A stretch of 64,000 nucleotides of DNA from positions 124,001 through 188,000 of the forward strand of contig JAPETS010000029.1 of assembly GCA_026023565.1 (NCBI GenBank), read 5' to 3'. The stretch is from Cirrosporium novae-zelandiae (taxonomy: Eukaryota). The notes below the pieces were generated by a model that worked only from the letters and a program-made list of their open reading frames with translations, did no database searches and was not told the DNA's origin. Positions 1-11,368 of this stretch are shown piece by piece; position 1 is the stretch's first letter, and each line of letters opens with the position of its first letter. The position numbers and the translations under genes were made by a program.

Positions 1-1227
1 TCGACCGGTCTTTCGGATGATCATACCACTTGCAGCGGAGCCGAAGGAGAGGGAGAGCACGAAAGGGAAAAGGTACACCCCAGAAAGAATTGGAGTTGCG
101 CCTAAAACCGACTGGAAGTATAGCGGAAGATAGTAGGAGCCTGAGATAAACGTGAAACCGTGACAGAAACAAACTGCGAAAGACGCGCAGTTGGAAATGT
201 CATGGAAGATGCGAGGCGGTGTGACGGGATATTTTGCGAGGTGAGATTCGTTGAGGAGGAAGAGTCCATAGGTGACGATGCCGAAGACTATCAGACAAAT
301 GACGGTTGCAGAAGCCCATGGGTAAGAGACACCGCCGAATTCTAGGCCCAGAAGTAGCATAAGAGTGGCACCAACAACCGTTAGAGAGCCGAGCCAATCG
401 ATAGCGAGCAGACCCTCAATGATAGGAGTACGCGGTGTGTAAACCTTGAGGAAGAAAAGCAGAATAAGGAATGCTATGCCATCGCATGGCAAGTTCACGT
501 AGAAACACCATCTCCATGAGACCTTTTCACTAAAGGCACCCCCAATGATTGGGCCAATGCCGCTTGCGAATGCCCATACCATCCCGACAATACCATAATA
601 AGCTCCTCGTCTCCTCATACTAAATAAGTCACTGATGCAAATGTTGACCAGACAGACCAGTCCTCCACCACCGATACCTTGAATAGCTCTTCCAACGATC
701 AGCATGGTAATGCTGACTGCTAGCCCGCATATGAGACTTCCGACTAAGAAGACGACATTGGCTGTTAGAAGGATTGGCTTCCTTCCAAAGATATCACTGA
801 TTTTTCCCCATAATGGCACGGTAGCGGCATTCGCCAGAAGATAGGCAGAACCGATCCAAACATAACCTGCTTCGCCAGCATGGAAATGGGCAGCAATTGT
901 TGGCAAGGCCGTAGTAATGATGGTTATATCTAGTGCGGCCAGGAAAACGGCCATGCACAAAGCAAACACCAAAATAAATGTCTCCTGCGTGCTGCGTTGG
1001 TCTTCGGGCGCTACTTTTTTATGTATCGGTTGTCCAACTTGCGCGGCCGCTGTTTCTGCTCCTGTTTCTGCTCCTGTTTCTCCTTCGGTGATCGAATCAT
1101 CCGAAGATATTTCTTTATTTGCAGCGGTCGTGGGCGAGTATGTGTCTGCTCCAACTCCCGCCTCAGCTTGGGCCTGGGCTTGGTTTGCAGTAAGAGCCGA
1201 TTCCTTTTCGGCGTCGTGTTCTGCCAT
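1..1227 (-). CDS. MFS drug:H+ antiporter (DHA2-type, DotC-like), 3' end beyond window
   Basis: Manual translation from ATG at 1227: MAEHDAEKE...LCMAVFLAALDITIITTALPTIA...WIGSAYLL...WGKISDIFGRKPIL...WRWCFYVNLP...YYLPLYFQ...KTGR. The frame is open with no introns to position 1. It is absent from the ORF track because no stop lies in the window. Confidence 0.93.
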   Translation of the reverse strand, partial: MAEHDAEKESALTANQAQAQAEAGVGADTYSPTTAANKEISSDDSITEGETGAETGAETAAAQVGQPIHKKVAPEDQRSTQETFILVFALCMAVFLAALDITIITTALPTIAAHFHAGEAGYVWIGSAYLLANAATVPLWGKISDIFGRKPILLTANVVFLVGSLICGLAVSITMLIVGRAIQGIGGGGLVCLVNICISDLFSMRRRGAYYGIVGMVWAFASGIGPIIGGAFSEKVSWRWCFYVNLPCDGIAFLILLFFLKVYTPRTPIIEGLLAIDWLGSLTVVGATLMLLLGLEFGGVSYPWASATVICLIVFGIVTYGLFLLNESHLAKYPVTPPRIFHDISNCASFAVCFCHGFTFISGSYYLPLYFQSVLGATPILSGVYLFPFVLSLSFGSAASGMIIRKTGR

Positions 1228-2351
1228 GTCGACAAGGGAGATATCCAATTCTCTCTCTAGGAAGTCTCTCTTTATTGCAATGGTGCAAGGAGATGGAAGG
1301 GCCTATTAAATATAGGAGAATATGGATGCCTTGGAGGCAAGGTACCTCTTCAAGGGTGTAGAGGCAATAGGGTAATAAGGTCACGAAATTTGCATGTGCT
1401 TGGAACCAGATAGTTGCATTTTCGGTCTTTATGTGAAGCTAGAGATGATGGTGAGAAGGAGAAAGTAGGATGGAGAGGGAAGCGTAGAAAGAGGAGTAGA
1501 AGAGCCATAGCGGAACTAGAGTATTGTCGTAGCATACTTTGTACCTAGTTATTCGGTGTAGTAATAATTAACAATGCACGCCATTGCCCACTGAGAGAGA
1601 AAAATTGAGAGTATAATTCGTCATGGTTAAGCTTCCAATAAAGCTTTACCGGTGTATCACAGCCCGTGTGCCTTGTGCCGACAAGCCGATGAACGGTTGA
1701 GGTATCCACGTGGTATCATAACTGCTAGCATCAACCAAGAATACTGAAATTTACCTAATTTATGGCCATGAATCCCTGTTTAGTCGTAATATTTTGTATC
1801 AATGGATCATGGACATACACGGAGATTAGAGACACCGACATGCGGATGGAAAAAAAAGTATCCATCCCACTATAATTTAATAACTTTCAACAATGATTGA
1901 ACAATCTTAATATCTTGCTCATGTGATTAGATCAAGTGTGCTCAGGCATTATACGCTGTATGGATCATTTTTGGTGTATGGGAAATATACGCACTCTAGG
2001 CATTAGCAACAGATGGAACTTCGCCCGGCTATTATCCCGGCATCCGATAGCGGAGTTGAATATTAAGTCAAATAAACAATTAAATAAAAACTAAGTACAA
2101 AGTAAGAGTATCAAATAACATAGTGTATTCAACAACATTCATTCAAAGCTACAGTAATAAGGTACATATATGGCACCTATACCTGAGATCCACAATCATA
2201 AAACACAGCACGCTGCCCCATCCAAAGAACGAGTGTCACGCCTCGGGGTATTCAGTAGAAAGCAATATCCTCATAACCAGTACAAAGTCCTGTTCTCTCC
2301 CACATTCCTAGAATACCCGAAAGAAATACACCTGCAAGAATTAAAAATAGA

Positions 2352-4163
2352 TCAAGTTTTCACCTTTTTCCCCGCGCTTCCTTCCTGAGAGCCCCCTTCG
2401 GGGCTTTTTCGTTTGCGACTCTCATCATCCTCTCTTAGGAAACTAGGCCCCATGCCTGCTATCGGTGTTGGGAATGTTAATGGGCTAGGAAGCATTGCAC
2501 TGTCTGGGCCTGTTCGCCCAAACCCCCAATCTGGATAAAACTGAGATGGTGATGGAAGAAGGCCTTCCGGCATTACTCGCGTAGGCAAAGCAGAAATTGG
2601 CGTTTCGCCACTATTACTACCTTGATATGTATTATTCTGATTCGTTGCATTTGGTGGAGGTGGTCTAGCAAAAGGATTTCCAGGACCTGTTGCACCGGCA
2701 CTCAAGAGAGCACTGGCACTAGCAGCGCTGGGAGATGGTGGTGGAAGAACAACACCTGATGAATGACTTGCATCTGTACTACCTCTAGCTGGTGTTCCAT
2801 TTGCAGCTTCTCCAGAATGTCGAGACGAGGGATCTGCTGGACTCCCAGCATCAGATTGTTCATCTGGTATTTGAACCTTGAGTCGAGGCCGCTTGCCTCC
2901 AAATTGTGAACTATTGGTACGAGAGAGCGGTTGGATGTCCGAGACTGATGACACAGATGGTCTCGACGAATGTTGCGGAGCTACAGGTACAGATTGCGAC
3001 ATTGGCGGTGGGGCTTGCGATGCAGGAGTATTATTCCTTTGCATGGCACCAACATCAATCGAGTTGGATCTAATATCTGATTCTGGTTTAACCTCATTTC
3101 GCGATTGATCCGAGGAGCTGGCACCCATAAAGTGTTGCGCTAAGACCGATTTTCGATCATCAATAGGAGTATATATACTTTGGTTTCTAGATGAAGAATG
3201 TTTTGGTTCAGAGAGTCCTTGATTTTCAGTATACTGTTGTTGCGGTTGTGGTTGTGGGGGGGATGGATTACGACGAGGTGGCTGAGGTTGCTGTTGAGGG
3301 AAAGCGGGTGGCATTGACTGTCTTCTCTGATCTTGCATATATGCATGTTGCACCTGTGGAATATGTTGCGGTGGTGGAGCATATTGGTATTGCGGTGGTG
3401 TGGCATGAGGAGGTCCTTGCATTGGAGGTGCCTGGGGATTATATATAGGGGGATTTGGCATGTAGGCAAAACCATTGGGACCTGGTGGAGGAGGCTGTGA
3501 TACTTGTGGAGGACCTTGAGATACGTAGTTGGCACTAACACGGCGCAAGGTATTCCTCGACGAAGGTCGAGAACCCATTTGCGGTTGTGGAGTGCCATGA
3601 CGAGGTTGAAAGGGAAGACCGTTGGGTATCGGAGGAGACGCAGAGGGTGCTTGCCCTCTCATATGTTGAAAGCTGGGTTGGTTTTGTAATTGTGGCGGCA
3701 TCATGGGGTGGTTTGGTGGGAGGTGTTCATCCGCCGGAGGAGTTGCATCTTCATCCTCCTCATCGTCCAGATCCCTCTTGCCAGCAAAGTCTGAAGGCCC
3801 TTTATGCTCGTGCGCAGTGCCATACTATACACAAGTTAGTTTGGATTTCGGATGCGTTGTAATACATAGAGTCGCGACATACGTATTGATACCTCCCTAG
3901 GGTTTCGTGAATATCGCCCGATGAAAATTCGTACAGCTTCTTATTGTGACCAAAGATGATTACGGCGACATCGACTGAACAGAGTACAGATAATTCGTAT
4001 GCCTTCTTGAAAAGTCCACCTTTGCGCTTGAGAAAAGTGCTATGCAAGCCAAGGGTTAGTTTGTTTGCTGGGTCACAGGTAGAGCGCGCAGAAGGACGGA
4101 TACATACACAGAACGATTTCGGTCATCCTTGATGGCCTTTATCTCAATCTTTCTTCGACCCAT
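2352..4163 (-). CDS. rlmA: MEF2-type MADS-box transcription factor RlmA/Rlm1
   Basis: Exon 1 (4163-4108) [19 protein letters not shown]; intron 4107-4040; exon 2 [29 protein letters not shown]; a second GTATGT intron; then [10 protein letters not shown] and a Pro/Gln-rich tail with RLKVQIP and [12 protein letters not shown] motifs. Confidence 0.93.
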
Positions 4164-4433
4164 TGTTTCTGGGTCAAGGGCACAATAGCCCTTATTTGCG
4201 ACACGAGATTTATTGATAGAAATATGGCTGATGGGAGAAGTTTGATAGTTGTTGGATGAGGCTCAAAGTTAGTTGAAACACGACCAGTATTGAGAGAAGG
4301 ACCCAGGGCGGGGATCGGGGGGGGGGATTGGCACAAGAGCTGATGGATCAATGTTTCGGGGGTTTTTATTTTTCGCGTGACTTGGGCGGGTTGGTCCGAG
4401 ACAATGGCAAAACCAGGCAAGTCGAGAATTGGA

Positions 4434-4492
4434 GGGTTCAATGGGGGGGTGTTCAACTGGGGGGCTTCAATGGGGGTTCAATGGGGTTCAAT
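4434..4492. repeat. Degenerate G-run tandem repeat (GnTTCAAT-like, ~5 units) upstream of rlmA
   Basis: gggttcaat-gggggggtgttcaact-ggggggcttcaat-gggggttcaat-ggggttcaat. Confidence 0.7.
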
Positions 4493-5045
4493 ACAAATCT
4501 TACCCCGTCAAGAAGTTTAAGAGGGGATTGCGGATAATGAAATAAGAACGCGAATAATGCGAGTAATAGAGTGATTGATTCTCCAAGCCCTAATCTGATG
4601 GTCGGGTATTTTGCATATAGATTGGTCACCGCGCCTTTGGATGAGGAGGGTGGCAGGTCAGGTTCGAAATATAAATAGAAATCCGCTTCTGCACGTTGGA
4701 CGGTTATGGGAGGTGACTTGATCCACTTTTGGATTAGCGCACAGTTTCAGATTATTTTGGTCAATTTTGTATGCAATCGAGGAGGGGGGGAGTGCAAAGA
4801 GAGAAGCTTAAGCTGAACCACGGCACACTTCACAGTTGATAGTTCATACTTAACAATTCACAATTCATAATTCATAGCTCACAGTTCATAGTCCACATAT
4901 ACTTTAGCTGTCAAATACCTTTTAACTTATAACTAGGTACGTTAACTACTAATAACCACCTGCCACATGGAGAATTCAACTGAGACAGGGGGGGGAGGGG
5001 GAGAGGGAAAACTGAAAGAGGCTCAACTCAACTCTCTCCCTCTCT

Positions 5046-5110
5046 AAGGCTCCAAGGCTCCAAGGCTCCAAGGCTCCAAATGGCTCGCTCCACGGCTCCA
5101 ACGGATCCAA
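5046..5110. repeat. 8-bp tandem repeat (AAGGCTCC)x4 plus degenerate copies
   Basis: Read directly from the sequence. Confidence 0.85.
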
Positions 5111-5492
5111 AAGCACTCTTCCGAACTAGGTTTATTTTAGCCTTATACTTACCGCCCAGAATCCAGAATTTAGCATTGCCCCAATATCCCCCCCCCAAAT
5201 ATAATCAGTTTTAACTTTTATATACAGTCAGCGTCTGGATGATGAGTTCAGCAAACGTACCTACTTAAATACATCTCGTCATATTGCCATACCTTCTTCG
5301 CCTCTGTCGTACCTCTGTTGACATTTACAGTAATTACTGCTATCATCCGAGACTGAGATATCATATCACCAAACTTGGCATGCTAAGCCCTCCATCGTCT
5401 TCGGAATGACCGTCAAGACAGAAAACACCTGCAAACAATTGAGTAAACAATAATTAGAATTTCCTTGTGTAAATCTAAATCTAAATTCTTCA

Positions 5493-7048
5493 TCATTTTC
5501 GAATTCCTCTACGTCTCATTAGTTCTGCCAATGGGATATCATCCTCGTCCGGTATCACATCATGCTCATCGTAGAAATCAACTTCCTCATCAACTCCAAA
5601 ATCCCGAAGCCGTTCACCATCTGCAGTTCTCCAGCCTTCTTCTCCTTCACTAGAGCTGCTATCACTATGTATAGTATCTTCCTCTTCATCGGTTTCACCA
5701 TCAACTGGCCCTAGTTGAGAATAACGTTGAGCGAAGGTCTTTTGCCGAACAACAAGCTCTCCATTTATAGTTCTCCGCTCAAAATCTATTCCCTGTCGCT
5801 GTCTGAATGCATTAATCCTCTCTTGTTCAGACAGATGATCGTTCTCTCGCGTGAAGGCATCCTCAGGGTCGAAGGCTCTTTTAATTCGAAGAACCCTGTC
5901 TGGATCAGGCGGTGGCCACGATAGGTTTTCGTCTATACACAAATGTTAATTTTTACAGAAGGCAAATAGGAATAATCATCCATCACCTTCAAATCCATTT
6001 ATCTCAAAAGAGAGACCACTCTTCATAGATGGAGTGGATGCAAAGGGCCAAAGCCACGCGAGGACCTACAAGGTCGAAAATATTAGCTGACTGTGCCCTT
6101 GAATGTGTAGTACAGGATCGAGGCTGACGTTAGAGGTGCCCATCCCCTGTTTGATATTTTGCCAAATCCCAATATCATATGGAAACTCTTGCTTCTGGAT
6201 TCGGATCCTTTTTCCATCTGGCCCGTCAAGATAGCCGCCAAGATATCTCGCCCGACGAACCAGAGTCTCGTGGCGCTCAATCTCCCACCCTTCGATTGTC
6301 GTAGTATTAACTGCCAATGACCAAATTGATCGTACAAGCAAGATAGAGAGCATGAACAGAGTGAACGAGTTTAGTACTATCAGTATAAAAAGGTGGATAA
6401 GGGCAGGTACGGAAGGACCGAGGTACTGCGGATCCATTACCTCCTGCAAGTGGTATCAGAGGTGGTGACATACGTATGGAAGTTTTCGGTTATCCCAAAT
6501 TACCTTAGCTCTAAGATATAGAAACCATTCAAGATAGCTCATAGAAGCTACAGCATAGAACACAAGTCGAAGAAAATGAGGGAAAGTACGGTGGGACACG
6601 CAGTTGGCGGTCCAAGGACAATGATGGTCCATCTTTGGAATGCATCTAGGAGAGATCAGAACTAGATAAGGTTCTATAACAGATATATATATTATCACCT
6701 TGCACAGATCTTGCAATGATGTGCTCGTGGTGGTTTCAATGCATTGCATTTTCGACACCAACGCCGCCTCCGGTATTCTTCTGCATTGGCCCCATCAATG
6801 ACTTTGGTCTTCTTCCCATTGAAATCTGGAGACCAGTCACTGGGTACACGGCCAGGGTCTGTGGTGATCGCACGATAATAACATAGCGCGACGCATACCA
6901 CTAACACATTGAACACTAGACTTTCATCTATAGAAAGCGGAAATGGCTCAATGAACCAGAAGAGTAACTGTGAAGAATATGCAAGGAAGATGATAAAAAT
7001 AGATGCTCCAGTAACGACCAACCGGGGAATTAAAAGTAGGGACGGCAT
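5493..7048 (-). CDS. pfa4: DHHC palmitoyltransferase Pfa4
   Basis: Five exons (7048-6699, 6645-6474, 6425-6129, 6065-5987, 5932-5493). Motifs: [59 protein letters not shown]. Confidence 0.92.
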
Positions 7049-7311
7049 TGGAGTTGAGCTCTACTTGTAATATATTGCTATGGAGGTTTCTATAAATATT
7101 TTCGCACATTCAAATGACGTCGCGTTCATTACAAACCTTAACTTCCCGCGCCCACGAAAACCATCTATTTACACAACGTACGTATTTGCAATCCTTCCTC
7201 GATCCTTTGAATACTCTGCAGTTCGAGAATTTTGATCCTTCAATCTGTACAATATTAAAGATGCCAGCATAATTATGAACGAAACCTCTCATTGATACTT
7301 TTTAAAGCATA

Positions 7312-10291
7312 ATGTCTAACATCATAGAATTGCCTAAAAATACCATCACAGCTATTGGTTCTTCCCAAGTACTTACAGACGCGTCTTCAGTGATCAAAGA
7401 ACTGGTTGAAAATGCATTGGATGCTAAAGCTACGTCAATAAGTGTCGAGATATCAACAAATACCCTCGATGCGATACAAGTCAAAGACAATGGCCACGGC
7501 ATTAGCCCCGAAGGCCAATCAATTTTATGCAAGCGGCATTGCACAAGCAAGATTAGGAATCTGGACGATTTGAGAAAGATTGGAGGAACATCGCTTGGTT
7601 TTCGCGGTGAAGCCCTTGCCAGTGCTACAGAATTGAGCAGACAGCTTGTAGTAACCACTCGGGTGGAAGGCGAGCCTGTGGCCGCGAGCTTGTCCTTTGG
7701 TAGAAATGGGGAACTTCTTAAGTGAATAAATGTTTCTTGATTTTTGAACACGACCGCTGAATATACATAGGCAGGAGAAGAAATCACATCCCGTTGGAAC
7801 GACTATACGAATCTCGGATTTTCTCAAGTCTCTTCCAGTTAGGAGGCAAACTGCCTTGAAAACGAGCCCTAAGGTTATGAAAAGAATAAAAAATATGTTG
7901 ATATCGTATGCTTTAGCAAGACCAGGGGTTCGAGTGTCCTTGAAATTTCTCAAGGCTAAAAATGGAAAAGATGACTGGATATATGCACCTAAGGCGAATG
8001 CCACGGCATTAGAAGCCGCTATGATGATATTTGGCAAGCATCTATCAAAACAGTACCTACATATCTCGAAAGTAATCTACAAGGATATTTTAGAAAACAG
8101 CCAAGAGGAAACTTCATCGAACGATAATGACCACAACTGCAGAGAGGAGCAAAATATGTTCCGAATAGATGCAGTATTGCCAAATCCAGATATTGAACTT
8201 GCAAGCTTATCTGACGGCGGTCGATATCTATCAATCGATTCCCGGCCCGTCTCCTGTGCTCGAGGAAATCTCAAGGAGGTATCTTCAGTATGTAAAAAAT
8301 ATATTCGCTCACTCCCTCGAGGGCCAGAGGGATGCAAAGTACCATCTGACCCCTTCTTCTATATGAATATCCAATGTCCTCCTGGAAGCTATGACCCGAA
8401 TGTAGAGCCAGCAAAGGATGACGTGTTATTCGCAAACCCTCAAAATGTTGTAAAGGCCGTCGAGCAATTATTAAAAGAGACTTATGGAACACTCCCTGGA
8501 GGATTTACCTCCGCTGCCGAAATGTGTCCTAGACCCTTGAAGTCGATTAACAGCTTTAATCTTTTGCTCGCTCGAAAAGTCCCTGTTGTGTCGCCCGAAA
8601 CCGAGGGTGGAGATGATCTAACAAGACTGGAATCCTCTACTAAATGTCCTGGATCATTAGATCCTCCTCAGTCGGATTCTGCTAGTTTATCACATCCATC
8701 AAGCGCTAAATTACAGGGCAAAGCTATTCCACCACAGCAGAAAACACAAGATTGGCGTCCCAACATGTTCAGTACAGAAGAGGAAGACCTCCTGGAGGTA
8801 TCGATTAATAGTCTCAACCCATCATCATCACCCCAAAGCGAAGGAGTTGATGAAGGGGGTGAAGATTCTGAATCAGATCTACAGGACATCAGGATATCAA
8901 ATCCCTGGACGATAGCAAGGTTGAATGCACCCGTTCGGCCCTCGGTATTCAACCCCCTTCTTTCCTCAAAGAGCCCCAGAAGGGAGTCAGTACCTTCAGA
9001 AACAGAGATGGGTCTTAACCACTCCCCACAATCACAGGTACAACTTATGACACCAGCTCGAGAGCGAAAACTTGCGGGGTCAAAATTGAAAACACCCTTC
9101 AAGACTCCATTTCTGCGCTCCGATCCAACTGGACTTCCCACCCCTGGCCAAACACAATTACGACCGCGAACCAGTGAAATGAGTAGCTCTGTCAAAGGAT
9201 TTGAAGAGCTGAAAAGAAAGTCAATCCTAAAACGAAGAGTACCTGTACCACAACAACCTTCCCGCAACTCTATACCCGAGTCTGCGCTGTTGTCAGAAGA
9301 CGGAGGGGAAGAGGGGGAAGACGATGACGATGACGATGACCAAGAACATCGGGTACGATCATCCAGAAGAACTCGAAAAGGGAATAAATATGGCGATGGC
9401 ATCGGCGCGATTGATACCTGGGTTCAAAAGTCCCTCCACGCACGCGAGGTTCATGGGCGATGGCAACAACAAAGGCGGGAGGCTCGAAAAGGACGTCTTG
9501 AACAAAAGGGAATATCTTCTCAGGAACAAGACGACAGCCCTATCATGGACGACTATTTCAACTCTCTCACAACACTACCTCAACAAATACAACCATCGAG
9601 CACCAAGTCAAAGCCCTTCGCCGACTTCTCTTCAGCCATATCCTCTCAATCACCATCCCCTAATCCACCTCTATCCGAAATCCTCGCATTCGAAACACGA
9701 AAACGTGATGCTATAAAGAAATACAAATCACACCTCACGAATCTCCGTCGTTCTCAACCACCCTCGCCACCTCAGCCCCCTCGACTAAACCTCCGCTCTC
9801 CATCTTTATCTCCCCAAAAATCTCAAAGCAATCCACACGAAGCCCGTTACAACACTGCAATTAGCGCTCTACGCCAACAATCTCCACCACAGATACAATC
9901 ACCAATAACCACCTTTCCCACAGAGAACAACAACGCACCCCCATCTCCAAACACCAACCCCAGCCCCACCCACGAATCCCTTCCCCGCCTACGTCGGCGC
10001 CGAACATCTCGTCTTCCACTTGAACACACGCCGCCCTCACAAACTGTGTATCTCCTCGTTCTCACCATCTCCCTACCCAATCCACCGTTCGAGACAATCA
10101 CCTCCCTCTTCAACTCCACTGCAACAATAGACGCATATATTTCTACCCCCTTACCACCCACCCCGGAAAAAGAACCAGAAGTAGAACTGGAAACCAAAAC
10201 CGGATTCAATAGCGTCGGGAGAGAAACCTGCGAGCAGTGGGAAGAAATCTTGCGGAGACTACTACTAGTACCTGTCGCTGGAAACCTATGA
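7312..10291 (+). CDS. MutL-family mismatch-repair ATPase (Mlh2-like), with no recognisable endonuclease C-terminus
   Basis: GHKL motifs VIKELVENALDA, DNGHGI, LGFRGEALAS and GTT; intron 7722-7770; transducer motif YDPNVEPAKDDVLF; then a long low-complexity tail. Confidence 0.85.
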
Positions 10292-11368
10292 AAAGAAAAG
10301 AAAGGAAAAGAGGGAAGAAAGGAGGGGAGGACATGAATAACAAGCAAGTTGTTACTATTGCCATCTTCGAGCTGATATATTGCTGCTGCAGTTGTTGCTA
10401 TCTACGCACAACTTCCATGCTATAGCTTTACATCTCCTTTTTTTATTTTTACTTGTTGCTTCTAGATTTGAAGCTTGTTCGACGTCTTAGCGATAACCAA
10501 CAGTGCCTGTTCTTCTCGTTGCTTGATTTTCTACTTCATTTAGGCTTTCCTGAACTAGCTCAACTCTCTACTTCTTGATTTTACCCCCTACAACTAATTA
10601 TTTATTGTACTGCACAGCTCGTGTTTTGCTTTTGTTTCTGTTCTGATATCTTTGGTGTCCACGGGCATATATAGTATTGGCTCCATCTATTTATTTATAG
10701 CTGGGATGCAAGAAAAATAACTTGATTGCTGTTTTGAATGATAGTTAGATACCCTAATTGGCTTTTTGTTTGCTTTCCGTGGGGCATATTGTGAACAATG
10801 GTTAGACAACTAGATATATTTAAATTTGCATCTAGCAAAGAAAAAAAAAGAGTTATCACATATCATATCAACAACTCTTCCATTCCGAAAAATAATATCG
10901 AAAAATCCGAAAAAAGGATGGCATGTGTGGATTAAATAATAATGTATGCCTTCCATTTCCATTTCCTCTGGCCATGGCCCTTCAAGTGTGCCTGTCTCTC
11001 CCACTAGAGAAAATAAAACAAGAAATAATGCTAACCATAACAATTTCGTCTGACAACAAAACCATGATGCATATCGCAGTTCCACCCCCAAAAAGCCCTA
11101 TCGGTGAATCATTATTTCCCCCTTTGCGCCTGCGCTCATTATGTATGAAAAGACTATATCAATAAAACGCCAATACGATGCATGCATGTCATGCAGTGTG
11201 AAAGATGAAGTCGTGTTGGCACTCGTGACCTCCCTCCATATGCCGAATTCGAATAATCCGATGCCGCTGGCATTGGGTATTCGTGACCACTGACCGTGAC
11301 TCCGAGAAATGCGTGCTCAAGGCAAAAAATAGCAGCACTTCAAATAAAACAAACAAGGCGTTATTCTT

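Noticed and set aside
8668..9402. 244-aa antisense ORF and similar shadow ORFs (12432-12998, 21186-21731, 32356-32782)
   Set aside because: They overlap well-supported genes on the opposite strand or in another frame and have no motifs.
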